A stretch of DNA of 64,000 nt from Candidatus Hecatella orcuttiae (GCA_002011035.2 MTLY02000003.1:320001-384000); one strand, 5' to 3'; positions 28,869 through 38,545 are shown, numbered from the stretch's first letter. A program made the numbers and translations. Notes: a model not told the origin generated them from the letters alone.

Positions 28869-30257
28869 TCAGCCCCCTTCAGAGGACACCCGCACAGCTA
28901 CGATGAGGTCGTTTACATTCGTCCCCGTAGGCCCCGTCATAATGGTATCTCCGAGTTTATCCAGAAAGCTGTGAGAATCATTGTTTTGCAGGTAAAAGTC
29001 CGCATCCAATCCAGCCTCCCTCGCCTGGCTTAGGGTGTAGCCGTCAACGATTCCTCCAGCAGCCTCAGTGTAGCCGTCAACGCCGTCGGTGTCCACGGCT
29101 GCGATGGCCAGACCCTTGACTCCTTCTATAAGTCTGCAAGCCGAAAGTACCAGCTCTTGGTTTCTCCCGCCTTTGCCCTCGCCTTTAACCTTCACGGTAG
29201 TTTCTCCTCCCAAAATTATTGACCTGTCTTTTGCCTCCGGCTTAGGCTTCAAATACTTTGCCATGGCAGCTATCACCCTGCCAGCTTCCCGTGCCTCGCC
29301 TTCGAGGAAAACGGTTAGAACCGAAGCTTCCACTCCTCTGGAGTTCAGGTATTCCGAAGCAGACCGGCATGCCAACTCATTGTTTCCGAGGATGAAATTG
29401 TGAACTTTCCGGAAGACCTCTTCACTTGGTTTGGGCGATTCAGGGATCAGGCCTCCGACCCCTTCTTCAAGAGTCTTGCGGACGGCTTCTGGGGCATTGT
29501 CCCAAAGCCTATACTTTTTTAACACGGCAACGGCGTCCCTGAAGGTGGTGGGATCAGGGGCGGTGGGCCCTGAGGCTATGGTTTCAAGGGAATCGCCCAC
29601 CACGTCGGAGATGATGAGCCCCACGGTTTCAGCCGGATAGATCCTCCCAGCCAGCCGGCCTCCCTTCACCTGGGAGAGATGTTTTCTCACGGTGTTAATC
29701 TCATGGATGGTGGCTCCGGATTTGAGGAGAGCTCGGGTGATGTCCTGTTTCTCTTCAAGGCTTACTCCTCCCGTGGGCGAAGCCATGAGCGCAGATCCCC
29801 CTCCGGAAATCAAGCAGAAGGCCAAGTCCCTTTCACCGAGCCTGTCCGCGAGCTCCAACATTTTAGACACAGCGTTCGGCGCCTCAACCGTGGGAATGGG
29901 ATGCCCGGCTTTCACCAGCCAGATGGGGCCTGTGCGGAACGCTCGCTCCTGATATTTTGGTGCCACGATAATTCCCTCGGTGAGCCTATCGCCTAAAACC
30001 TCATACAACGCTTCAGCCATGGCAGCTGAAGCCTTACCGCCGCCGAACACGTAGATCCCTTCAACCTCTTTCAAGTCGACGGAAAGATGGTCTATCCTGA
30101 GGAAGTCTCCTTCCAATTTCAGACGACCTCTGAGCAGATGTTGAGGGTTTACGGAAGCTAAAGCTGCCTCCATGGCTTCCAAAGCTAAACGGCGGGCTTC
30201 CGATTCCACTTTTTCCCTTTCAATGAGCTGTTTTTTGTTTCGTATGAAATCTGTCAA
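28869..30257 (-). CDS. Glycerate 2-kinase (MOFRL family)
   Basis: GGGKAS, GHPIP, ISGGGSAL, GGETTV, GGRNQE, TGPTGTNVND. Confidence 0.93.
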   Translation of the reverse strand: MTDFIRNKKQLIEREKVESEARRLALEAMEAALASVNPQHLLRGRLKLEGDFLRIDHLSVDLKEVEGIYVFGGGKASAAMAEALYEVLGDRLTEGIIVAPKYQERAFRTGPIWLVKAGHPIPTVEAPNAVSKMLELADRLGERDLAFCLISGGGSALMASPTGGVSLEEKQDITRALLKSGATIHEINTVRKHLSQVKGGRLAGRIYPAETVGLIISDVVGDSLETIASGPTAPDPTTFRDAVAVLKKYRLWDNAPEAVRKTLEEGVGGLIPESPKPSEEVFRKVHNFILGNNELACRSASEYLNSRGVEASVLTVFLEGEAREAGRVIAAMAKYLKPKPEAKDRSIILGGETTVKVKGEGKGGRNQELVLSACRLIEGVKGLAIAAVDTDGVDGYTEAAGGIVDGYTLSQAREAGLDADFYLQNNDSHSFLDKLGDTIMTGPTGTNVNDLIVAVRVSSEGG

Positions 30258-30350
30258 TACGCCTCACCCGATAACTTTCTCCGCAGCCATGCGGCCTTTG
30301 AAAGGCTCAGACGGACTGCCTTCAAACTGGTGGTGTGCGTGGAAATCTTT

Positions 30351-32621
30351 TCACCAGCGACGTTTGAAGGCTTCCAATTTCCCTCCATGAGTCCACCATT
30401 GAAGGGGAAGATAGAGGGTTGACTCCCTAGCGTAAACGTCTATCTGGGTTGTGCCACAGGAAGGACAGCGGTGCAGGTAGCCTCTGAAAGTTTTTTGACA
30501 TAGCCCGCAGTAGGTGAGAGGGAAATCGTAGGCGAAAAAGCTGAGGCCGAAGCTCTCGCAGAGGTTAACCGTTTGTTTAAGAAGCTTCTGAGGGGATCTT
30601 TCCTCTTCTAAGGTGACGGCGGTGAAATGGCCGCCTTTTAACAGCGGATGAAATCTCCCCTCAATCCTCAGCCTTTCATCTTGGGGGAGAGCTGATTCTT
30701 CTGGAAGGAGAGGAACATAGGTGTAGTAGGGGTGTTCTTTTCCACCTTGAACATTAACCATTTCCCAGCCGTACTTTTTCCCATCCAACTCTGCTAGGCG
30801 TGAGGAAGCTTCACTGCCTACGATCTGCGAAACAGCTAACCTTATCCCTTTTTCTTCGGAGATGGCGGCTGCGAGGTTGGCTATGTTTTCCACCAGCCGA
30901 ACGGCGAAATGTTGAGGCATAAGCTCCTCGTAGATGTCGTAGCCTACATGAACCCTCACAGCTTCGTTGAGACCTACTATGCCAATGGTCTTCACTGAAT
31001 TATTCAGCCTGTAATAGGCTTCGCCGCTTTCCACATGGGTTAGACTGGGCAGCAGTCCTTGCTTCATCCGGTCCTCTATTTCCTTTCCTTTTATCTCCAA
31101 AGCCTTAACTGCTGTTTTAACTGCTTTTTCCAAGTAGCTGAAAAACTTGGAGTCGTTTCCCTTAGCCTCATAAGCTATCCGGGGTAGGTTTAAGGCTACC
31201 GTGTTCAGGCATCCCGTCCGAAGCGTATCTACCTCCCAGTCGCCTGTCCACTCTCCTCCAATCCTCTCCCCGCTGGCCAGATAGCTGGAGTTTTCTTCTG
31301 GCTCCTTGGTTAAATTGGCTATGTAAATGGCGCCGTATTTGGCGGCTAGCTCATGGGCCTTAACCAAAATTTCCTCGCATTTTTTGCTGAAACTTCCAGC
31401 CCTGAGCTTTAACACCAGCCGAGGATTGAAGAGAGGTTTTCTTGAACTCAAATCCAAGGCTGCCTCCAGCAGGAGGCTCGCAAGAGTCTGAGCTTCTTCT
31501 TCGAAGCTTTGATATTCCTCCTTTCCGCCGCTTCGTCTGACAGCTGTCAGCGCCCTAAGACGTTTAGGGATGAAAACCTCTAAACCGAGAGTCACCCCTC
31601 CGCTTCCAAAGCTTTTGAATGCTACCCGGGTGAGAAAGCCCTTCAAAGCCGCTTGAGCTTCCGCCTTAGGGATTCCTCGAAGATGAGGTGCTAAGAATAT
31701 GTTGAAATAGTCGAAGGCTTGCTGTCCTGAAATTTCTCCCCCGAAGGCGTCTATCAACCCCTCAACCATCAGCAGGGAATCCGAGAAACTATCAGGAGGC
31801 GCAAGCGAAGGGGCAGCGTGACTTGTAGCTTTGAAGCCCCCGGCAAGAAAAGGTCTGAGGTCGTGGTAGATGCTCTGAGGCCTCAGCACCCAATAACCGG
31901 AATCGCTTAAGTGGATCTGGCCTGAAAGATGGGCGTCGGCTAGGTCCCTAGGAAGGACGTTGAGAAGCATGAACTCCGTCATAACTTGGCTCCCAGCCGC
32001 GGCATGGGCGTGTTCCACGGTCAATCCTCTTTCAGCTGCCTTGGCAACGGTTTTCTCCACATCCCGCACAGGCATTCCCAACCGGGTAAGCTTGTGACGG
32101 TAGTCTTCCAGGCCCTTTTCCAAGAGGATGGCGTTGACAAACTCTCTGATGAGGGGCGCTGTAAGGTAGGTAATGGGAAGTTTCAGCATACGCTCCTCAG
32201 CTTCGGCGGAGATCTTATCAGCCACCTCAGGGAGAGCCCCTGCCTCCTCAACGAGGGAGAGGGCAATCTTGCTCCGGTCAAATTCTTCCATGGTATACCG
32301 GGAGGTCCGAACAAACAACCGCCCTGCTTTTCTCAAGGCGTATTCGGCCAGCTCTTGGGAGAAACTGTTAACCCTCAAGCCCAGCTCGGTTATCTGGTAC
32401 CGCCTCGTCCCTTTCTCCAAGCCCACGAGGCCTGTGGAGAGAAGGTTTTTAAGATGGTAAACGAATTTCCCCGCATCCTTAGTGGGCGCAAGTTTTAGGA
32501 ATTCCATGATCTCACTGTAAGTCATAGGTCCACGGGTTGCAAGGAGTTTAAGGATCTGAAGCCTGATGGGCGCTGCCACGGCGCTGAAAACGTCGACTCC
32601 TGTCCTAGGCTTTTTAACCAT
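30351..32621 (-). CDS. ArsR-type HTH + ATP-cone + NrdD-like (class III RNR) protein lacking catalytic residues
   Basis: N-terminal IRLQILKLL...FVYHLKNL wHTH; ATP-cone VRTS...FDRSKI; WTGDWEVDTLRTG, LNLPRIA; CxxC..CxxC; ARESTLY in place of RxxGY. Confidence 0.85.
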   Translation of the reverse strand: MVKKPRTGVDVFSAVAAPIRLQILKLLATRGPMTYSEIMEFLKLAPTKDAGKFVYHLKNLLSTGLVGLEKGTRRYQITELGLRVNSFSQELAEYALRKAGRLFVRTSRYTMEEFDRSKIALSLVEEAGALPEVADKISAEAEERMLKLPITYLTAPLIREFVNAILLEKGLEDYRHKLTRLGMPVRDVEKTVAKAAERGLTVEHAHAAAGSQVMTEFMLLNVLPRDLADAHLSGQIHLSDSGYWVLRPQSIYHDLRPFLAGGFKATSHAAPSLAPPDSFSDSLLMVEGLIDAFGGEISGQQAFDYFNIFLAPHLRGIPKAEAQAALKGFLTRVAFKSFGSGGVTLGLEVFIPKRLRALTAVRRSGGKEEYQSFEEEAQTLASLLLEAALDLSSRKPLFNPRLVLKLRAGSFSKKCEEILVKAHELAAKYGAIYIANLTKEPEENSSYLASGERIGGEWTGDWEVDTLRTGCLNTVALNLPRIAYEAKGNDSKFFSYLEKAVKTAVKALEIKGKEIEDRMKQGLLPSLTHVESGEAYYRLNNSVKTIGIVGLNEAVRVHVGYDIYEELMPQHFAVRLVENIANLAAAISEEKGIRLAVSQIVGSEASSRLAELDGKKYGWEMVNVQGGKEHPYYTYVPLLPEESALPQDERLRIEGRFHPLLKGGHFTAVTLEEERSPQKLLKQTVNLCESFGLSFFAYDFPLTYCGLCQKTFRGYLHRCPSCGTTQIDVYARESTLYLPLQWWTHGGKLEAFKRRW

Positions 32622-32821
32622 GGGGTCTCAGATCCTTTAACATCGAAAGATAGCTGTTCAGTCTTAAGTTATACTTTGTCTATTATTTTAGACTTCCACC
32701 TAAAAAGTCTTCTTCCACATTTAAAAAGCCTTTCACCTAGGTTAAACCGTTGAAGGCTGAGATACCCTTGAAACCGGTTTCTGGAAAACGGTTTTATACG
32801 GTTACAGGGGGAGGTAGTATC

Positions 32822-33967
32822 ATGGTTAAACCCTCTCTGGGAAAGGTATTCCTCGGAATTTTACTTCTCTTGCTAACGCTACCTATGGTGGCGTATTCAA
32901 CTCCTCAAGCTCCCACTGTTCAAACCGACAAAGAAACCTATGGAAGCGGCGACTACCTCAACGTCACAGGCACGGCTGAGCCGAATTCGCTGGTTTCTCT
33001 GCAAGTTCTTGACCCTGAAGGAAACCTGAAAGGTGTTGCTCAAGCCCGTGTTTCTTCCCAAGGAACCTACGCTGTGGCGAAGGTGTACAGGTTTCAAGAG
33101 GACGATCCGGAAGGAGAATGGAGGGTGATAGTGTACCAAGGAGGCATTTTCTCCGAGGCCAAGTTTCAGTTCACACTCCCAGCGCCGACACCTACACCTA
33201 CACCAACCCCGACCCTTACACCCACGCCTACTCCAACTCCGACGCCTACGCCAACCCCTACGCCTACTCCCACCCCCTCCCCCACCCCCACGCCAACACC
33301 CACACCCACAGCCACCCCCACACCGACTCCCTCTGCTGAAGGGAAAAAATGCATCATCGCCACCACCACTTATGGCTCAGAGCTGGCTCCGGAAGTGCAA
33401 TTTCTGAGGGGTTTCAGGGAAAACGTCGCCCTCAAAACCTTCGCCGGAGCCCAGTTCATGAGGGTTTTCAACGCTTGGTACTATTCCTTCAGTCCTTCAG
33501 TGGCCGGCTTCATAGAGGCCCACCCGTCTGTTAAAGGAGTGGTGAAAGTTTTTCTCTACCCCCTCATCGGAATCCTTCACTTGGCCGTGGCGGCCAACAC
33601 CGTCTTCAGCTTTAACGGTGAACTTGGTATCACCGTAGCCGGGCTTGTAGCCGGCGCCCTGATAGGAGTTGTATACTTTGCCCCCCCAACCGCTCTGGTT
33701 CTCTACGCTGCGAGGAGGAAGAAGGAAACCCTGGCCCTAGGAAGCCTGTTGAAGCCTGTCTCAATGCTTTGGCTTCTGGGTGCCTCCCTGATCCTTGTAG
33801 GTGAACTGGTTGCCTCCGAGTTTCTCATGATGGCTGCGACAGGATTGTTTGTCAGCTCAACGGTAGCCATCACCGCAACCGCGGTGGCATTAAAAATTTT
33901 GAATGTCCAACGAAAAGCTACCGCTAGTCTCCTTTCCAAAGGAAGGGCCTCAAACAGGCGAGGCTGA
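32822..33967 (+). CDS. Surface protein: signal peptide, Ig-like domain, (PT)n linker, CFI-box-CTERM domain
   Basis: TDKETY Ig pattern, PT repeats, [25 protein letters not shown]-terminal TMs; GGAGGT SD. Confidence 0.88.
   Translation: MVKPSLGKVFLGILLLLLTLPMVAYSTPQAPTVQTDKETYGSGDYLNVTGTAEPNSLVSLQVLDPEGNLKGVAQARVSSQGTYAVAKVYRFQEDDPEGEWRVIVYQGGIFSEAKFQFTLPAPTPTPTPTPTLTPTPTPTPTPTPTPTPTPTPSPTPTPTPTPTATPTPTPSAEGKKCIIATTTYGSELAPEVQFLRGFRENVALKTFAGAQFMRVFNAWYYSFSPSVAGFIEAHPSVKGVVKVFLYPLIGILHLAVAANTVFSFNGELGITVAGLVAGALIGVVYFAPPTALVLYAARRKKETLALGSLLKPVSMLWLLGASLILVGELVASEFLMMAATGLFVSSTVAITATAVALKILNVQRKATASLLSKGRASNRRG
33185..33331 (+). repeat. Pro-Thr dipeptide low-complexity linker
   Basis: Degenerate CCNACN hexamers encoding about 24 PT units. 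Confidence 0.85.
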
Positions 33968-34062
33968 AGGTTTTTCCAGCGCCTGCAGTCTCCTTTAAGG
34001 GACGAAAACCTTTAAATTGAATTGTGCAGATCAAAAATGGCAAATTTGGGGTTGACTTCCTT

Positions 34063-34530
34063 TTGGAGGAGAAACCTTCGTCTAAGTCTGTGGACCGAAT
34101 CTTGGTCGCTGTGGACGGTTCGGAGCATTCCAAAAAGGCTGCGGATTTGGCGGTAGACTTGGCTAAAAAATGGGAGGCTGAACTTTATCTGATCCATGTG
34201 TTAGAAGAGAAGGGTGTGCCTAAGGAGTTTAAAGAGTTCGCTCGGATTGAAAAGGTGCCTGTCTCTGAGTATTTCAACCTAGTCTGCCAGACAGGAGGTT
34301 TTCTGGGGGAGGCTGAAGTCAAGGCTAAAGCTGCGGGGATAAAAAAAGTTGAACGTATCTGCGCCCAAGGAAACCCTGCTGACGAGATCATCAACGCAGC
34401 GGAGAGATTAGGCGTGGACATGGTGGTTTTGGGAAGTAGGGGTTTGGGAGGATTTTCCCGGGCTATCATGGGAAGCGTCTCCACCAAGGTGTGCACCCAC
34501 GTCAATTGCGCCTGCGTAACTGTGAAGTGA
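34063..34530 (+). CDS. Universal stress protein
   Basis: ILVAVDGS, GNPADEI, VLGSRG...MGSVS; start uncertain (ORF open from 34024). Confidence 0.92.
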   Translation: MEEKPSSKSVDRILVAVDGSEHSKKAADLAVDLAKKWEAELYLIHVLEEKGVPKEFKEFARIEKVPVSEYFNLVCQTGGFLGEAEVKAKAAGIKKVERICAQGNPADEIINAAERLGVDMVVLGSRGLGGFSRAIMGSVSTKVCTHVNCACVTVK

Positions 34531-34692
34531 AATCGGGAAACCGACTGAACTTTTTTCTTATAAAGTTTTCAGCTTTAGGCTAAATTGAACTCCACCAAAA
34601 GCTTCGAAAATGAAGACTATCCAGAAATAAGGTTATTAGGAAGAAGTTTTGCTGGTTTATGGGATATAGCATCTTCTTAAAAGGGGTTTAAC

Positions 34693-35973
34693 TTGGTGAA
34701 AAGCTCCATCCTGCCAGGGTTTTACAAGCTCTCCGTCCAAGAAAGAATTCAAACTGTGGGCGAGTTCGCAGGTCTCAGTGAGGATGAAAGGAGGCTTCTC
34801 TCCGCGGAGGGAGCCCTAACTCTTGAGCAGGCTGGGAGGATGATCGAGAACGTAGTAGGCTTCATGCCTGTGCCTCTGGGAGTTGCCGTCAACTTCATCA
34901 TCAACGGTAAACCTTACCTAGTGCCCATGGCCATCGAAGAACCCTCCGTGGTCGCTGCGGCCAGCCACGCAGCTAAGCTGGCAGCCGTCAGAGGCGGCTT
35001 CCAAACCTCCAGCACCGACCCTGTGATGATAGGGCAGATTCAGTTGATGGGAGTGAAGGACCCGCTGAAGGCTAAAGAGGCGGTGGAGGCTGAAAAGGAA
35101 AAAATCCTCGAACTGGCCAACAGCCAAGACCCGGTTCTAGTCCGCATGGGTGGAGGAGCCAAGGACTTGGGAGTTCGAATGGTTGAAACTTTCAGAGGGC
35201 CTATGGTAGTGGTGGAACTCTACGTGGACTGTCGGGATGCCATGGGAGCTAACACCGTTAACACCATGGCTGAAGCCGTGGCTCCCTTGGTGGAGCGGCT
35301 TACCCAAGGCCGGGTGAGGCTGAGAATAGTCTCCAACCTTGCAACTAAGAGACTGGCCAGGGCGAGAGTGGTCATGGACCGAGAGGCTGTGGGGGGAGAG
35401 GAGGTGGTGGAAGCCATCTTAGACGCCTATGCCTTCGCCGCCTCAGACCCCTATCGTTGCGCCACCCACAACAAGGGAATCATGAACGGTGTGGCTGCTG
35501 TAGCCTTGGCCACAGGCAACGACACTCGGGCGTTGGAGGCAGGCGCCCACGCTTACGCTGCCAGAACCGGCCGCTACAGCCCACTAACCAGATGGGAGAA
35601 AAATTCGGCAGGCCACTTGGAAGGGTTTATCGAACTGCCCATGGCGGTAGGCTTGGTAGGCGGAGCAACGGTGTCCAACCCCATAGCCCGCATCTCCAAG
35701 AAGATCCTAAGAGTCCAAACAGCTCGGGAGCTGGGTGAAGTCGTGGCCGCCGTGGGACTCGCCCAAAACTTCGCAGCCCTCAGGGCCCTAGCCACCGAGG
35801 GCATTCAGAGAGGTCACATGTCTCTCCACGCGAGAAACTTGGCCATCGCTGCGGGGGCCCAAGGGAAGCTGGTGGACTTGGTGGCTGAAAGAATGGTGGC
35901 GGAGCGGCAGATAAGAATGGACAGGGCTCAGCAAATCCTCCAAGAGCTGAGGGAAAAGGAAAACGCAGCCTGA
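34693..35973 (+). CDS. HMG-CoA reductase, class II
   Basis: MIENVVG, EEPSVVAA, DAMGAN, THNKG, GIQRGHM. Confidence 0.95.
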   Translation: MVKSSILPGFYKLSVQERIQTVGEFAGLSEDERRLLSAEGALTLEQAGRMIENVVGFMPVPLGVAVNFIINGKPYLVPMAIEEPSVVAAASHAAKLAAVRGGFQTSSTDPVMIGQIQLMGVKDPLKAKEAVEAEKEKILELANSQDPVLVRMGGGAKDLGVRMVETFRGPMVVVELYVDCRDAMGANTVNTMAEAVAPLVERLTQGRVRLRIVSNLATKRLARARVVMDREAVGGEEVVEAILDAYAFAASDPYRCATHNKGIMNGVAAVALATGNDTRALEAGAHAYAARTGRYSPLTRWEKNSAGHLEGFIELPMAVGLVGGATVSNPIARISKKILRVQTARELGEVVAAVGLAQNFAALRALATEGIQRGHMSLHARNLAIAAGAQGKLVDLVAERMVAERQIRMDRAQQILQELREKENAA

Positions 35974-36124
35974 CCGAGGGAAAGGCTCATAGGGAGTAAT
36001 TTTCCCTTCACCCGGAGAATGTTGAAAGATTTCTTTCCGAGGACCTCAGCTTCTTTAACTTCGCTGGAAAGATGGAAGGGTAGAAGCTAAGAATATATGA
36101 GGAAAAAGTTGTAAAGACTTTTGA

Positions 36125-36203
36125 GGGGTGGTGGTCCAGCATGGTCTACGATTCCCGGCTCGGGCCCGGGAGGTCGGGAGTTCAAATCTCCCCCACCCCA
36201 CCA
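36125..36203 (+). tRNA. tRNA-Pro(CGG), intronless
   Basis: Acceptor GGGGTGG/CCACCCC-A-CCA, anticodon arm CCCGG-CTCGGGC-CCGGG, T arm GGGAG-TTCAAAT-CTCCC. Confidence 0.93.
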
Positions 36204-36282
36204 AGCTCTCGCCTTGCAATACTTCTCCAAGTGTTCGTTTTTGTTTTTAACGCCTTGACGGGCTTATGCTGGGGTTCAGCTG

Positions 36283-36297
36283 TATTACAACGTAATA
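36283..36297. promoter_or_regulatory. Palindrome TATTAC-AAC-GTAATA abutting the subtilase TATA box
   Basis: Perfect 6-bp arms directly before TTTAAAT (36298-36304). Confidence 0.45.
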
Positions 36298-36335
36298 TTT
36301 AAATCCCTTCACGAGTATAGAGTAGGAAGGCGAGT

Positions 36336-37610
36336 TTGATGAATGGAAAAATACTTTCGTCGATTTTGATGGTGACCATGCTAATGCTGGCCGGCCTTCT
36401 GGTTGTGGGAACGGGCGTTGCAGCGAAGACGAACCCCGCGGAGAAAATACAGGTTATAGTCGTCTTTAAAGACCGACCAGATCCGGCTTTTATTAGGCAG
36501 CATGGTGGAAACATAAAATACACCTACGACGTAATCCCCGGAATAGCGGCTCTGCTGCCTCAGAAAGCCGTGGACGCTTTGGAGAAGAACCCGAAAATCG
36601 CATACGTGGAGAGAGATATCGTCGTTGGCAGGCCGCCGTGGGCTGGCGGAGGCGAAAAGGAACAGCCTCCGGAAACCTTAGAATGGGGCGTTGACCGAAT
36701 AGACGCTGACCTAGTTTGGGATACGGACGGCGACCTAGTTGCAGACGAAGGGGCGAACATGGGTTCAGGGATCAAAGTTGCAGTTCTTGACACAGGCATC
36801 GACAAAGATCATCCTGATTTGCAGGAAAATATCAAGGGCGGAGTTAACTTCGTCTCCAAACCTTGGTGGAAAGACCCGGACCCAAACAAGTGGGACGATG
36901 ACAACGGTCACGGAACCTACGTCGCAGGCATAATCGCTGCGGTGGAGAATGAAATAGGCGTTATAGGCTCTGCGCCGAAAGCTTGGCTTTACGGTGTAAA
37001 GGTCTTGGATAGGACTGGAAGCGGATACGTCAGCGATGTCATCGCAGGGATAGACTGGTCTGTCGATAACGGTATGCATGTGATTTCCATGAGTCTGGGG
37101 TCAAGTTCCGATTCGCAGGCACTTCATGATGCGTGTGATAACGCCTATGCGGCGGGCTTGGTCTTAGTCGCGGCTGCAGGGAACTCGGGTGACGGTGACG
37201 GTAGCACAAACGAAGTGCTCTATCCGGCTAAATATTCCAGCGTAATCGCTGTGGCGGCCACAGATAAAGATGACAGCACACCCACATGGAGCTCAGAAGG
37301 CGAGGAGGTTGAACTTGCAGCCCCCGGCGTCGACGTGCGTTCCACTTGGAAAGACGGATCCTATGAAACACATAGCGGGACCTCTGCGGCTACACCTCAT
37401 GTATCAGGCACGATAGCCCTAGTCCTGTATCAAACCGAACTGCTGACAGCCTACGATTCAAACGGGGACGGAGCTCTTCAGCCCAGTGAGCTTCGAACTC
37501 TGCTAAGGGACACTGCAGACGACCTTGGCAGCTCCGGATTCGACAACTTCTACGGTTACGGCTTAGTGGACGCTGAAGAAAGCGTAACAGGTACGCAGAC
37601 AAACCCATAA
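36336..37610 (+). CDS. Secreted subtilisin-family S8 protease with I9 propeptide
   Basis: Signal peptide; triad motifs VLDTG, NGHGT, SGTS; AAAGN. Confidence 0.95.
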   Translation: MMNGKILSSILMVTMLMLAGLLVVGTGVAAKTNPAEKIQVIVVFKDRPDPAFIRQHGGNIKYTYDVIPGIAALLPQKAVDALEKNPKIAYVERDIVVGRPPWAGGGEKEQPPETLEWGVDRIDADLVWDTDGDLVADEGANMGSGIKVAVLDTGIDKDHPDLQENIKGGVNFVSKPWWKDPDPNKWDDDNGHGTYVAGIIAAVENEIGVIGSAPKAWLYGVKVLDRTGSGYVSDVIAGIDWSVDNGMHVISMSLGSSSDSQALHDACDNAYAAGLVLVAAAGNSGDGDGSTNEVLYPAKYSSVIAVAATDKDDSTPTWSSEGEEVELAAPGVDVRSTWKDGSYETHSGTSAATPHVSGTIALVLYQTELLTAYDSNGDGALQPSELRTLLRDTADDLGSSGFDNFYGYGLVDAEESVTGTQTNP

Positions 37611-37615
37611 ACAAC

Positions 37616-37625
37616 TTTTTTTTTT
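37616..37625 (+). terminator. Oligo-T archaeal terminator
   Basis: T10 run 5 nt after the subtilase stop. Confidence 0.6.
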
Positions 37626-37855
37626 AAAAAATCTTGTACTGGTACAGAATACAGAATAGAGTGCTCTGTTCGATGCTATTAGACGAAACGGCCACAAAAA
37701 TGGGTGGCCGTATTAAAGTTGCGCGTTAAGTTTAGTTCATGAGCCCGCCAACTCCTCATCTTCGCTATTCGTTGAGGCGCAAACGTGTCTCTTATATCTG
37801 GTTTTTAGAAAGGCAGTAATCCAGATATGTCGTTCTCTTAATATTTAAAAGCATG

Positions 37856-37874
37856 TTTGCCCAAATTGGGCAAA
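37856..37874. promoter_or_regulatory. Perfect palindrome TTTGCCCAA-A-TTGGGCAAA, candidate operator
   Basis: 9-bp arms just downstream of TTTAAAA (37844-50), upstream of the RHH-like ORF. Confidence 0.5.
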
Positions 37875-37968
37875 ACGGACGCCTGTCCTCGGCGAGTGTG
37901 GTTTGGGAAGAGATGATACTCTTGACTGGTAACGTGAGGTGAAGTGAATCGTTAAGAGAATAATATCT

Positions 37969-38460
37969 GTGAGGTTGAATGAAAATCTGGTAAGGCAAGT
38001 TGAGGATGTAGTTTCATCCGGTTATGTCGACTCCCTGACGAATCTTGTCAGCAAATGTCTCGAATTAGGGTTGAAATATTCCTTTTACATGTGGGACAGG
38101 GGTGTCTGGCACTTTCATGGCATTAGGGTAGGGGCCTTATCCAAAAAAAGCTTTGAAATTATATTTAAGCACGCAGATGACCCATATAAAGCTGGGAGGG
38201 AAGTAGGGAAAGGCTTCAAAAATTACATCAAATACTCTTTCAAAAAAGACTCTATTAAAAGAAAGGATTGGAATGCAATGCTTAGGGAGGTTGAACCCAT
38301 TACGGGGTGGGGTAACTACGTTCTAACTAATGACATCATCACCGTTGCCTCCCCGCTACCGCCTCGGGATTTCCTGAGAGGATTCCTCGAGAGTCTTCTG
38401 GGCGTTAGATTAAAAATGGCTTCGGATGAGCCTCTTCAATTTCAGATTCTCGGAGGATAG
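37969..38460 (+). CDS. Putative RHH + V4R-like ligand-binding regulator
   Basis: (KRIISV)RLNENLVRQVEDVVSSGYVDSLTNLV N-terminus; YKAGREVG, GWG, FLRGFLESLLG. Confidence 0.55.
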   Translation: MRLNENLVRQVEDVVSSGYVDSLTNLVSKCLELGLKYSFYMWDRGVWHFHGIRVGALSKKSFEIIFKHADDPYKAGREVGKGFKNYIKYSFKKDSIKRKDWNAMLREVEPITGWGNYVLTNDIITVASPLPPRDFLRGFLESLLGVRLKMASDEPLQFQILGG

Positions 38461-38545
38461 GAGACCTAGAACAATGGCTTCAGACGCTATATCCGCATGG
38501 TAGGTTTTAAATAGATATGTTATACGATGTATTACAAAAAAAGTC

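Noticed and set aside
30264-30353. Selenocysteine readthrough of the NrdD-like TGA (open frame and hairpin follow)
   Set aside because: Position is not a conserved Cys, it matches the normal NrdD C-terminus, and the hairpin is not a recognisable SECIS
33185-33331. Periodic sequence as CRISPR array or VNTR
   Set aside because: Degenerate codons of an in-frame Pro-Thr linker; no repeat-spacer structure and no cas genes
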